Below are positions 10,891-27,900 of a stretch of DNA of 64,000 nt, piece after piece. Source of the stretch: Dictyostelium discoideum (Eukaryota); NCBI GenBank assembly GCA_000004695.1, contig CM000152.2, positions 608,001-672,000 of the forward strand, given 5' to 3'. Position 1 is the first letter of the stretch; every line of letters starts with the position of its first letter. The notes beneath the pieces are model-generated. The model searched no databases. It was not told where the DNA came from and was given only the letters and a program-made list of their open reading frames with translations. Made by a program: the position numbers and the translations under genes.

Positions 10891-11856
10891 TTAAAATTCA
10901 TCCTCTTCATCATGATCGACTGGTATATTATCTAAAAATGAGAGATCGGCAGTTGGAGAAGTTTTAGTTGGTGATACAGTATTAATAATTGGAGTTGGTT
11001 CTAAAACTAAATCATGATCAACTGGACTTGGATCAATGAGTGGTGGTGCAGTTATATTAATATCTTGTTGTTGTTGTTGTTGTTTTTGTGGAGAAGCAAT
11101 TGAATCATTCTTTCTAATTGGTGATGGTGATGAAAGTGGTGATGCAACTTTTTGAGTAGTATTTGTATTTGTAGTGGTTGTAGTAGTGGTGGTGGTTGAA
11201 GTAAAATCTAGATCATCTAAAAGTGATGCTGTATTATTATTATTTGTATTATTTGTATTATTATTTGTATTGGTTGTTGTTGTTGTTATATCAGAAATAC
11301 CAGAATGTAAACTAAAATGTTGTAATTGTGATAAAACTTTATCATAATCTTGTTGAGAAACAGATTCAATCTCTTCTAAAAGGTTTCTTTGTTTCTTTGA
11401 TAATGATTGTGCAGTAGCATTTTTTAAATAATCAAAAGATGATTTTGGTTGAGATCTTAATGATTCGAAATATTTCTCTGCTTTAATTGATAAATCATAT
11501 TGTGGGAATAAATTTGGGAAATCGATTGGATTTGAAAGTGCATCGGATGCTTTTGAGCTTGTACTCTTTAAACTCTCTTTCCATTTCTCAACCATATCAG
11601 GTACCATCGATGGTAAATAGGTACGTGCCATAAAGGCTGCCTCTGAGTAATCACCACTTGCACATAATGTATTCAAACAATTCAATAATGAATTTGGTAA
11701 TAAAAGATTACAAATAAAACTAATATTAGTTTGACCTTTTTCTTCTGACAATTTTGCCAACATTTTCATACCCTCAATATCACCTGTAGAAGTATATAAT
11801 AACAATAATCCTGGTAAATCTTCTGCTTTCTTTAAACAATTTTCTGCTAATTTAAT
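10891..11856 (-). CDS. Coatomer beta-prime subunit (COPB2 ortholog), exon 6 (C-terminal)
   Basis: Reads [97 protein letters not shown]...DHDEEDEF*. It is collinear with human COPB2 (...LLLLATASGN...AAFLARTYLPSQVSRVVKLWRENLSK) and has an acidic C-terminal tail. Confidence 0.85.
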
Positions 11857-11961
11857 CTATTTTTTTAAAAAAAAAAAAAAATACAAATAAAATTAATATT
11901 ATTATTTATAAAAAAACACCATATTATATATATATATATGTATTTTTATATATATATTTAC

Positions 11962-12273
11962 TTCACCAATTGATAAAGCTAAGTCACCTAAATGTTTAAA
12001 TTTAGTTTCAGAATCAGATTTTAAGGCGATTTCATGAGCAACATCAAGATTTTCTAATTGAATTGCTAATTCGAATCTATGATCAAGATCAGTTGAAACC
12101 TCTAATGCTTTCTCTTTATAACCTTGAGATTCCAAAAAGTGTGCAATACTATTTCTTTGATCTTGTGGTATCTTTGGTAAAATTCTTTCTGCACCTTCTA
12201 AATCACCTCTTAAAATTGATGTTTGATAGCTAATAACTGAAATATGTAATTTATATGAAACAATATTTAAATT
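11962..12273 (-). CDS. Coatomer beta-prime, exon 5
   Basis: Reads [104 protein letters not shown], which matches human ELNIVSYSLLVSVLEYQTAV...[34 protein letters not shown]. The 5' boundary has a 1-nt reading uncertainty at the 12240/12241 line boundary. Confidence 0.7.
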
Positions 12274-12383
12274 CTATTTTAAATGATAAGAAGAAAGAAA
12301 AAAAAAAAAGTATTAGTGATGGTATTTTTTTTTTTTTTTTTCAATAAATTTCCATTCTTTTTTTTTTTTTTTTTAAACTTTAC

Positions 12384-12716
12384 CTTATCAGATAAATATA
12401 AACGACCACTTTGTGGTAAATATTTAAGTAAATACATATGTTTCTCTAAATGTGAAATTGTAACAACTTCAGTACCAACACAATAGTTTAATTTACTACT
12501 TCTATTTATATAGATGAAACAATCACCAACCCAAAGACCAGTACCAATGGTATCTTCAATTTCATGTACAACATCAAAAGCATTCTCAATACCTAATTCA
12601 CCAATTGGTTGACCACTTTCAATATATTTTTGAACTGTATCTTTATAATATCTAAGAATGAATGTTGATTTATCTGTGACAATTGCTAAATAATCACCAT
12701 TTTCTGACCAAAAGAT
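12384..12716 (-). CDS. Coatomer beta-prime, exon 4
   Basis: Reads [111 protein letters not shown]. Splice sites are attaaag|ATC and GAT AAG|gtaaag. Confidence 0.8.
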
Positions 12717-12794
12717 CTTTAATCATTAAAATTAAAATTAATGTTAGTAATAATAATAAAAAATAAATAAATAAATATAATAAATAATACAAAC

Positions 12795-14060
12795 ATTTTT
12801 TGGTGAAGTTTTTTCAATTCTACGAATAATATCAGCAGAATCCCAACTATAGAAACAAAGTGTATCATTTGATTTTACACCAAGTAAAGAACCACCAAAG
12901 ATACCTTCAGCAGAGAAAGATGGTTTAAAACTATGAGTTTCTTTAAAGTTTTTAAAGATTTTAATACGAGATGTAGATTCACGTACAGCGTATTGACCTG
13001 AATCTTCTGCCCAAACAAATTCCAATGCATTACCAAATGATTTATTTCTCCAAGCTAGCGCGGTGTAAATGATGAATTCACCATCACCACAGACACTAAC
13101 GAATCTACCATTGGAGTTGTGTTGTAAACTTTGAGGGAACACTTCGCAATTGCCAAGATCTTTGGATTGGAGTGACAACTTTTCACCATCTTGTACCTCT
13201 TGCTCCAATGTGGAGGAGATGTTTGAGATTCTAATCTCATTGTGTTTTGCGTAGATTACCTTACCACCTTGGTCCATTGAAACGGGTGGTTTGTTCTTAC
13301 CAATCTTCAACACCACTGTACCGTCATCGTAGCCCAACCCAATGAAGTTGGAGCCACGTAAAAAGTTCATTGACCAAACGAAACCCATGCCATAGTTGAG
13401 TGTCCTCTCCAAACGGTAGGTGCTGGAGTGCCAGAGCTTCACGGTGCCATCTTCACTGCCGCTGAGGATCAAGGGGAGCTCGGGGTGGTAGCACACCACC
13501 GAGACGTTGTTTGAGTGGCCCTCCAATGTCTGGACGCAAGTCTTTGATTGGTAATCCCAAATTTTCACTAGCTTATCGTCGGCACCGCTTATCAAGTATG
13601 GCTTTTCACCGCCAGAGAAATACTCGACACTGTTGATACCCTTTTCGTGTCCCTCCAATGTAAAGTGAGGATGTGGTGAGTTTATACTCCACACTTTCAC
13701 AGTTTTATCCAATGATGCGGTTGCAAATTGATTGGTATCCTTTGGATTCCATGCAATCGACATGACGTAATGTGAATGTCCTTCAAAGACTTGAGTGTTA
13801 CTCCATCCCTTTTCATAATCCCATAACTTTATAAACATATCATCCGATGATGATAATATATATGGTAATGTTGGATGAACTATAATACATCTAATATAAT
13901 CGGCATGTGCTTCAAATGATTTTATCTTTTCCATTGTATTATAATTATAAACTCTAATATATGTATCATCACTACCTGTAACTATCCATTGTTTCTTTGC
14001 AATGAATCTTGCTGTTCTAACTGGATTATTTGGTGAAACTTCAAATGATTTTACCATATT
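12795..14060 (-). CDS. Coatomer beta-prime, exon 3 (WD40 propeller)
   Basis: Reads [86 protein letters not shown]...[10 protein letters not shown]. The donor is AAA AAT|gtttgt. Confidence 0.85.
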
Positions 14061-14244
14061 CTTTAATATTTTACATAATCAATCATCATCATCATCATCA
14101 TCATCATCATTTTTTTCAAAAAAAAAAAAAAAAAAAAAAAAAAAGAGTTTTGTGTGACATTATTATGATAATATTAGTATAAATAATTTATTTAAAACAT
14201 TATTGTTATTGTTATTATTGATTATACTATATGTAAATACATAC

Positions 14245-14361
14245 TTGAGTTTCATAATTCCAAATATAAACATTACCATCATATAAACTTGCTAAAATCC
14301 ATGGTTCTGTTGGGTGAATATCAACAGATTTAACTCTATCTGATCTTGTTGATAATTTTTT
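14245..14361 (-). CDS. Coatomer beta-prime, exon 2
   Basis: Reads [39 protein letters not shown], which matches human [39 protein letters not shown]. Splice sites are tatatag|AAA and CAA|gtatgt. Confidence 0.8.
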
Positions 14362-14587
14362 CTATATATTAATTATTATTATTATTGTTATTGTTTTTTT
14401 ATAATTGTTATTTTATAGTTTAGAATTATTTTTATATTGATAAGAGAATATTAAATACAGTAAAAAATTAAAAAAAGAGTTAGGAGTGTGAGTTAAATTT
14501 TTATTTTTTATATTTTTTATTATTTTTTTTTTTTCAATTATTAATATCTTAAAGAATATAATAATAAAAATAATAATTAAATAATAC

Positions 14588-14611
14588 CTTAATATCTAAA
14601 CGTAAAGGCAT
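14588..14611 (-). CDS. Coatomer beta-prime, exon 1 (24 nt)
   Basis: Reads ATG CCT TTA CGT TTA GAT ATT AAG|gtattat = MPLRLDIK, identical to the human COPB2 N-terminus. The intron is about 226 nt. Confidence 0.7.
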
Positions 14612-14908
14612 TTTTTTATTTTTTTATATATTTTAAATATATATTGATAAAAAATATATATTAATAATTGAAAAAAAAAAAAAAAAATGATTTTTTTATA
14701 AAAAAAAAAAAAAAAATAAAAAATAAAAAAAAAAAAAATTTTGAAAATTTAAAAAAATGATGTTGAAGTTTCATTTTTGGCCACGTATAAAAAAAAAAAT
14801 AAACAAATTACACCTTAATTTTTATTTTTTAATAAAAAAATTGGTTATGTCTTTTGTGTAAAATAAATAAATATATACATACTAGGTGTTCAATGCATTG
14901 TTGTTAAA

Positions 14909-14949
<41 letters not shown>

Positions 14950-15185
14950 ACTCAATATTGAGGGAAAAAAAAAAAGAAATTAAAAAAATAAAAAGTAAAA
15001 ATAACAAAAAAAAAAAATTATTTTTTAGATATATTTATATATACAGATTTTTTTATTTAATTAATAATTTACAAATGTGTTTTTTTTTTTTTTTTTTTTT
15101 TTTTTTTTCTTTGGAAATCTTGGCAATGACTTTTTAACTTTTTGGGTTGGCACTTGTTTTAAAAATTGTTTTTTTGGTTTTTTTT

Positions 15186-15368
15186 TTATTTGGAAATCTT
15201 TGTGGAAGTCTTGGTGGAATATTTGCCCTTGGAGAGGATTCTTTTGGATTTTGAAAACATTGGTAATGACTTTTTAACTTTTTGGGTTAGTACTTGTTTT
15301 AAATCAAACATTTGAACTCTAGTTCTTTTTGATAATTGGATTGCTCTTCTTGTTACAATTTTAACCAT
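15186..15368 (-). CDS. Small basic ORF of unknown identity (60 aa), copy 1 of a divergent pair
   Basis: Starts at ATG 15368 and reads MVKIVTRRAIQLSKRTRVQMFDLKQVLTQKVKKSLPMFSKSKRILSKGKYSTKTSTKISK*. Its N-terminal 36 aa are conserved with the ORF at 15866-16015 through conservative substitutions. Confidence 0.4.
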   Translation of the reverse strand: MVKIVTRRAIQLSKRTRVQMFDLKQVLTQKVKKSLPMFSKSKRILSKGKYSTKTSTKISK

Positions 15369-15865
15369 TTTTTTTTTATTTTTTAAAACCTTTTTATTTA
15401 TTTATTTTGATTTATTTGCTTTTATTTAATTATTTTTTGATTTGTTTAAAAAATTACAAAATTTTGGTTGGTATTTATTTTAGAAAAAAAATAAATGAAA
15501 AAAAAAAAATTATAAAAAAAAAAATAAAAAAAATTATTTGTGGATTGACTTTTACAAGAAATCTTTTTTTTTTTGTTAAAAAATTTTTTTATTTTTTGCT
15601 TAAATTAAAAAAAAAAAAACAAGAGAAAAAAAAAAGATAAGAATGATCAAGAGTTCTTTTTTTTATTTTAAGCAAAAAATATTATTTTCTTGTAAAAATA
15701 AAAATAAAAATAAAAATAAAATTTTGTCATCCTCAATTTAAACCTTTTTTTTTTTTTTTTATTTTTTTTATTTTTTTTTTTTAAGATTTTTATGAATAAA
15801 TTTATAAATTAGTTTTTAATAAAGAAATACATTAAAGAAAAAAAAATAATAATAAAGAAAATAAA

Positions 15866-16015
15866 ATGGTTAAAATAACAACTAGAAGATCAATCAAATT
15901 ATCAAAAAGAAATAGAGTTCAATTATTTGATTTAAAGCAAATTCTTGTACAAAGAGTCAAAAAATCTCCTCAATTATCCATAAAAAAAAAAATTACAAAA
16001 ATCAAACATAAATAA
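15866..16015 (+). CDS. Small basic ORF of unknown identity (49 aa), copy 2 of the divergent pair
   Basis: Reads ATG GTT AAA ATA ACA ACT AGA AGA TCA ATC AAA TTA TCA AAA AGA AAT AGA GTT CAA TTA TTT GAT TTA AAG CAA ATT CTT GTA CAA AGA GTC AAA AAA TCT CCT... = MVKITTRRSIKLSKRNRVQLFDLKQILVQRVKKSPQLSIKKKITKIKHK*. It was not listed in the ORF track, probably because it is shorter than 60 aa. Confidence 0.35.
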   Translation: MVKITTRRSIKLSKRNRVQLFDLKQILVQRVKKSPQLSIKKKITKIKHK

Positions 16016-16576
16016 AAGTACCTGAAAGTTGTGAAAATAAAAAAAAAAAAAATTGGCTGTTTATGAAACTACTCAAAATGGACCAAAAGGAGTATTGATC
16101 AACAAAAAAAAAAACTTTATGATAGATAACCTTGCGGGTAGTTTAACGTCACCCCCACCACTGCATCGAAAACTAATAAATTTTTAATTAATTATATTCA
16201 AATTTTATTCTACAAATCCAAATTTTTTTTTCTTTTTTTTTTTTTCTTTTTTTTATTTTTTTTTATTTAAACAATTTTTTTTATTTTTAAAGAATATTTT
16301 TTTTTTTTTTTTTTATTGTTTGCACTTTTTCAGATTTTTTTTACTTTTTTTTTATTTTTTGTATGCTTTTTATAGATTTTTTTTTTTAGATATTTTTATT
16401 TAATTTTTGAATGATTTTTTTACTTTTTTTTTACTTTTTTTTTTATTTTTTTTTTTTAAAAAAAAAAAAGGTTACCTTTAATGTCCACCATACACCTCAA
16501 AATAAGTAAAATAAATTTTTAATGCCTAAAAAAAGCCACCACAACCCATAATAAATAAAAATATAATTTTTTATTA

Positions 16577-16629
<53 letters not shown>

Positions 16630-17079
16630 TATTTAAAAAGAATTTGATTACTTTTTTTTTTATTATTCTCCAAAAACAGATTTTTTTAATTTTTTTTTTT
16701 TTTGAGATTTTCACTCCGATTTCAAAGCATTATTTGAATTGAACTGTTAGGGTGATGAATTTTTCCCAGCACACACAGAAAAATTATTTTCTAATGGAAT
16801 AGTATTACGGCAAGCCGACAGACACTATATTGTTCCACAATGATTAATCAAAAAATCGAAAAAATTTTATTTTTAAATTAACATAATTTTTTTTTTTTTT
16901 CTTTTTTTTTTATTTTCTTTTTTTTTTTTTTTTTAATGTATAATATTATTTTAATTTTTTAAAATTTTTTTTTTTTTTTTTGGAAATTTGTTCTATAAAT
17001 AATTTGTATTTTTATTTGTCATTATAAAAATTAAGAGTTTTACTTTACTCTTAAATAAATAAATTTGGTTAATTCTCTA

Positions 17080-17127
<48 letters not shown>

Positions 17128-17260
17128 TTTAATATAAAAGATAAATAATAATAATAATAAAAAATAATTTAAAATTAATTTTTATAAAATATAAAATAGT
17201 AATTAATAATAAAAAAAAAAAAAAAAAAAAGTAAAATAGTTTTAAAAAAAAAAAAAAAAA

Positions 17261-17533
17261 ATGAAAAAATTAAATTATTTGTTGATTGTTTCATTTATTT
17301 TCATTTTAAATCTTTTGATTTCAAAATCACAAGTTTTAATTGATGTTACAGCAAAATGTGAATTAATCGATTCTTTATCACCATGTAAAGATAATTTAAA
17401 TTACACTCACATTTATTTACCTACAGGGTATACACAAGCAGCAATTTCTGCCCAAATTACACCATTATTCCAACAAGCTTCAATATTACCCACAGATTGT
17501 CAATCAAATTTAAAAAATCTTCTTTGCATTTCA
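17261..17533 (+). CDS. Frizzled/smoothened-like (Fsl) 7TM receptor, exon 1 (signal peptide plus start of the Fz cysteine-rich domain)
   Basis: MKKLNYLLIVSFIFILNLLISKSQV is a signal peptide. The segment CELIDSLSPCKDNLNYTHIYLPTGYTQ...DCQSNLKNLLCIS has the Frizzled CRD cysteine pattern. The donor is TCA|gtatgt. Confidence 0.7.
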
Positions 17534-17628
17534 GTATGTAATTTTTTTTTTTTTCTCATTTAATTAAACACACACATATAATATAATATTTAATTTTAAT
17601 AATTTTTTTTTTTTTTTTTAAAAATTAG

Positions 17629-17710
17629 TCATATATGGAATGTAATGAAAATATTCCCAATATTTCTCCATCTTTCCCTTTACCATCATATCCATGCAAT
17701 AAATATTGTG
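17629..17710 (+). CDS. Fsl receptor, exon 2
   Basis: Acceptor aaaattag|TCA. Reads SYMECNENIPNISPSFPLPSYPCNKYC. Donor TGT G|gtaagt. Confidence 0.65.
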
Positions 17711-17802
17711 GTAAGTTTTTAATATACCTAAAAATTAAAATAATTTGTATTATTAATTTTTTTTTTTTCTTTTTTTTAATTTTTTGATTTTTGATTTAAT
17801 AG

Positions 17803-18360
17803 AAAAAGTAAAAGATGTTTGTTCAGCATATATGGCAATACTTGGTCCATATGTTAATTGTTCAGCTGTACAAAATGGAAATGAATTCTTCCCACATACA
17901 GGTACAGATTATGATTTGACAGCATATGGAGGCAGTGCAAATGAAGAGATTCAATGCTCTGGTCCAAATTTAGCATCAAATTCCACATCTGCACCAATAA
18001 AATTCTGTCCATCACCATTAATTTGGGTTGATTCAGATACAATTAATAATAAAAGAGCTTACCAAGAAACAACACCAAATTGTGTTTTACCATGTCCAAC
18101 TAATGTATACACTGAAAAGGAATACAAAACTAAATTTTATTCAGAGGCAATTTTATTCAGTTTTTCAACAGCATGTTCATTTTATTTAATTTTTACATTT
18201 GGTGTTTTTCCAAATAAATATACAAATCGTAATTGGATTATTGTTTATCTTGGTATAACAGCTATATGTTTAGCAATAAGTTATGCAGTTCAAGAAGCTA
18301 GATATGGCGGTGGTGATTGGAGATGTACTTCTGATCCTGGTAGATATAAAAGTAGTGAGG
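17803..18360 (+). CDS. Fsl receptor, exon 3
   Basis: Reads EKVKDVCSAYMAILGPYVNCS...WIIVYLGITAICLAISYAVQEARYGGGDWRCTSDPGRYKSSE, followed by the donor G|gtatgt. The 3' coordinate is taken from the ORF-track stop position. My hand reading near 18300 is off by 1. Confidence 0.65.
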
Positions 18361-18454
18361 GTATGTAGATATATATATATATCTTAAAAAAAAAAAAAAA
18401 AAAAAAAAATCCAATTATTAATTTAAATTACATTAAAAAAAAAAAAAAAAAAAG

Positions 18455-18559
18455 ATGGAACTTGTATTTTAGGTGGATTTTTCTTTCAAATTGGTGGTTT
18501 AGGTACTATTCTTTTCCTTTCATTATATAGTTTTGATATGTTTTTAACAATGAATATGA
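18455..18559 (+). CDS. Fsl receptor, exon 4
   Basis: Reads [35 protein letters not shown]. The donor is ATG A|gtatgt. Confidence 0.6.
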
Positions 18560-18645
18560 GTATGTACATTTTACACTTTAATTTTTATTTTTTTTATATT
18601 AAAAAAAAACAAACTCTAACAATTAATAATTAATATTTTCTTTAG

Positions 18646-18804
18646 TGACAAATAAATACTTTATTCAAACATCAGTTGGAATGTGGGCATTGATTATTTT
18701 TTATGCATTATTGCCAATTAAACATTATGAATCTTCAATTGCATCAGCTGGTTGTTGGTTATCAAATGAAGATAATATGTTTTGGCAATATTTTTGTTTT
18801 TATG
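18646..18804 (+). CDS. Fsl receptor, exon 5
   Basis: Acceptor ctttag|TG. Reads [53 protein letters not shown]. Donor TAT G|gtatgt. Confidence 0.65.
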
Positions 18805-18892
18805 GTATGTTTTTACTATTTTTTATTTTAAAATTTTATTTCATCCTCCTACCTCCACTTTTATTAATCATTTTTTTCTTTTAAAATTGCAG

Positions 18893-19011
18893 TTCCATCT
18901 TATGTTGCAACCTTTTTTTTGGGAGTTTTCATTATAACCTCAATTTATAAAGTATTCAAAATGACTGTAATGTTTAAGTCAATTAAAGATAAAAGAATTT
19001 TATTATTAAAT
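18893..19011 (+). CDS. Fsl receptor, exon 6
   Basis: Acceptor attgcag|TT. Reads [40 protein letters not shown]. Donor AAT|gtaagt. Confidence 0.65.
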
Positions 19012-19133
19012 GTAAGTGGAAAAAAAAAAAAAAAAAAAAATTAAGAATTATTTATTATTAATTATTATTATTAATTATTATTAATTATTATTATTATTGT
19101 TATTACACAATTACAAAAATTAATATTAAATAG

Positions 19134-19925
<792 letters not shown>

Positions 19926-20600
19926 TTTTAAAATTTTTTATTTTATTTTTTATTATTCGATTAATAAATAAATCGATACAACATCAAATCGAAATTCAAA
20001 TCTAATTCAAATCTAATTCAAATCTAAATCCGATTCAATTTATTATTAAATTAAAAAATTAAAATAAAATTTAAAATAAAAGAATAGAAAAAAAAACATA
20101 TGGTTTTTTTTTCTTTTTTTTTTTTTGTTAGAAAGTAAATTTTGGTTTTTTTTTTTTGTTTTTTTTTATTTATTTACAAGTTTTTGTTATTAATTTATTT
20201 ATTTTATTTTTATTTTTATTTTATTTTTATTTTTAAAATTTAATATTATAATGACTTCATATTTATTATAATATTTATCTTTTTTATAAAAATTAATAAC
20301 GGTTTTTTTATTTATTTTATTTCCATTAATCAAAAACAATAATCGATTAGTAAAATTTTGAGGTTGAAAATTTAGCCAATTTTTTTTTTTTTTTTTAAAC
20401 AAAAAAATGAATTTTAAATCCTCTTTTTGTGAAGGGTTACAATACCAAAATTAAAAATAATTTTAATTTTATTTTTAATTTTTTTTTTTTAACGACAAAA
20501 AAAATTTTTTTTTTTTTTTTTTAAATTAAAAAAAAAAAAAAAATAAAAATTTGCTAAGTTAATTTATTTTTTAAATTGTAAATAAAACTAAAATAATAAA

Positions 20601-24830
<4,230 letters not shown>

Positions 24831-24970
24831 GAAAAAAAAAAAAAAAAAATAAAAATTATTATTATTATATGTATAAAGAAAAAATAATTTATTTGTTTTG
24901 TTTTGTTTTGTTTTTTTTTTTTAAAAAATTTATTTATTTATATATCTAGATAATTAACTTTTTTTTTGAA

Positions 24971-27900
24971 TTAATTTTTAAGGAAATAAATTTCAGCATC
25001 ATTATCTTTAACAATTGAGACAATTTCAGTTGCAAATGAATTTGATGGTGAAGTAGTTTCAGAGAATTGAAGATTGAATAAAATGGTTTCTTTAATGTAA
25101 TCGTTATTATTTTCAATGGCAGTTTTTAATTCAGCTTCTTTAGTATGATAAAACATTGATACTGGATCATCAAAGGTGAGACCACTCTTCTTTCTAAGTC
25201 TTTGAACACGATTGATTAATTCACGAGCCAAACCTTTTTCATAGAGTGCACTATCGACAGTAAGATCTAAAACTGTTAAGATTTCTTCATTACCTGAAGG
25301 TTCAGAGTTTGTAGTTTCACCATTATATTTACGGATGATTTTAAGATCTTCAGAGGTGAGTTCATGACCAAGAATATCGATGGTTTGAGTTTTTTGGAAT
25401 TCACGAAGTTGTTCATTGGTGAGTTTAGAGATTAATGGTGAGATCTTCTTAAAGTCATTCTTTAAACGGGCACCTAAACGTTTGTTATCGGCTTCAGCAG
25501 TGACAACAACGAATGAACCTTCATCACTTGTGAGAACGATATTTTGGATATTTAATTCCTCGAGGATATAAGATTTGAGTGATTCTAAATCGGCGAGATA
25601 TTGTTGATTCTCAGTGATGACCATAAATTCTTTGAGTGGGAATTTAATTGGTTTGGTACGACGATCTCTAGCGGCACGACCCAATTCGATGACAACTTGC
25701 ATACGTGAAATGGCTTCTTCAATTCTAGTGTTGAAAGCTTCTTGAATTGGTTCAGGGAACATAACATAGTGAACTGAATCCATTTGTTTCTCCTTTGGTA
25801 ATGCTTTCTTAAGATTTTGGTACATGTACTCTGTAAAGAATGGAGTGAATGGACCCATAGCAATACAAATGGTCATTAAAACCTCATAGAGGATATTGAG
25901 AGCGGCAAGACAATCGGCATCACCATTTGAACCCTTTAAACGCTTACGATTTAAACGAACGAACCAATTGGTAAGATCTTCAATGAAACGAACCAATTTT
26001 GGTACGACAGTGTATAAACGATAGGCGGCCATTTCTGCACGTACAAATGCAATGAGTGATTGGCAAGAGGCAAGAATCCATTTGTCCATAACATTTTCAG
26101 AGGCAAGAGCAACCTTAATATCTGGTTGGAAAGTGGTGTTGGTAGCTTTTTCAAAACGAAGACAATTTTGAACAAAGAAACGATAGGCGTTAAACCATGG
26201 TAAGAAAACATCTTTGATCATATCTTGAACACCTTTCTCTTGGAATTTCAAAGTTTCAGCTCTAACAACTGGTGAATTGATAAGGTAGAGACGAAGAGAA
26301 TCAGCACCAACCTTTGATACGACTTCCATTGGATCTGGATAATTCTTTAATCTCTTTGACATTTTCTTACCATCAGCAGCTAAAACCAAACCATTAACAA
26401 TGAGATTTTGGAAAGGTGGTTTATCAAAGAGAGCAGTTGATAAAACCAATAGTGTATAGAACCAACCTCTAGTTTGATCAAGACCTTCGGCGATAAAGTG
26501 AGCTGGGAAGATCTTTTCAAATTTATCCTTATTTTCAAATGGATAATGTTGTTGAGCGTATGGCATAGAACCAGATTCAAACCAACAATCGAAAACATCT
26601 TCAATACGACGGAGTGTACCTTTACCTTTTTGTGATGGAATTGTAATATGATCGATTGATTCACGATGAAGATCAGTTACACGAACACCAGAGAGACGTT
26701 CTAATTCGTCGATACTGCCAATGACAACAACTTCTTCACCATCTTCACTAATCCATAATGGGATTGGGGTACCCCAATAACGATTTCTACTGACAGCCCA
26801 ATCTGTTGCATTCTTTAACCAATTTGCAAATCTTTTCTCTTTGACAAAATCTGGTACCCAATAGGTTTTATCATTGTTTGCTAATAATTTATCACGAATT
26901 GATTCGACTCTAACGAACCAACTACCGACTGCTTTGTAGATCAATGGTGTATCTGAACGCCAACAATATGGATAACTATGGACAAGATTTGCACTATTTA
27001 CCATACGACCTTTATTTTTGAGATAAATGCTAATTTGTTTGGTGGTTTCAGCGTCTTTTACCATCATACCAGCGAAATCGGTTACATCACTTGTGAAACA
27101 ACCATTGGCATCGACAGAGTTAAGAATTGGACGTTTGAATTGATCTCTAGAGATGACACCATTGGCAATACAAACATTGAAATCGTCCTCACCATAGGCT
27201 GGTGCAGTATGAACGATACCGGTACCAGAATCATCGGTAACGAAATCACCACCAATAACAACGAAACCACCCATATTGGCATCACTTGCAAAGTATGGGA
27301 ACATTGGTACATACTTTTTACCAATTAAATCTGTGCCTTTCATTGTTTCTAAAACTGTATATTCCTTATCTGATTTGTAGAGGATTGAAGTACGATTTTT
27401 ACCAAGGATAAAGATTTGATTACGTTTGATATCATTGATCTTTATGTATTCCATCTTTGGATTCACAGTCAATGCTAAATTGGATGGAAGGGTCCATGGG
27501 GTGGTGGTCCATGCCAAGATTGAAACTTTCTCATCATCAAGAGTTTGGAATGAAACAACACATGCTGGATCACTTACATCCTTGTAGTTTGATGATGCTT
27601 CAAAGTTTGATAATGGTGTTGTGCAGCCAATTGAGTATGGCATAACTTTGAAACCTTGGTACACCAAATCCTTCTTAAAGAGTTCTTGGAAAACCCACCA
27701 AACACTCTCCATAAATGGTGTGTCCATAGTTTTGTAATTGTTTTTCATATCGATCCAACGACCCATACGATTGACTACGATCTCCCACTCATGTGAATAT
27801 TTCATAACGATTGAACGACAATGTTGATTATATGTTGGAATACCCATCTTTAATACATCCTCCTTGGTTCTAACGCCATGAAGTTTATCAATTTCAAACT

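Noticed and set aside
12230-12260. Apparent 1-nt frameshift in coatomer beta-prime exon 5: [11 protein letters not shown] in one frame and SVISYQT... in the next.
   Set aside because: The break falls exactly at a printed line boundary. The ORF-track coordinates for the neighbouring ORF (start 12283, end 12486) differ by one from my hand count of that line, which implies I mis-read a single A there. With that base the exon is an exact 312 nt and the protein aligns gap-free to human COPB2. This is a reading artefact, not a pseudogene.
16540-16620. DUSE-like motif AACCCATAA at about 16546, which could mark a small ncRNA gene about 60 bp downstream.
   Set aside because: The downstream sequence is a poly-A tract with no stem-loop or conserved ncRNA motif. 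The motif alone is too short to call a gene. It is kept only as context in the desert finding.
18295-18305. One extra A in my reading relative to the ORF-track translation (…QEARYGGG…) in fsl exon 3.
   Set aside because: This is the same kind of line-boundary counting discrepancy. The ORF track was taken as authoritative and coordinates were adjusted by 1.
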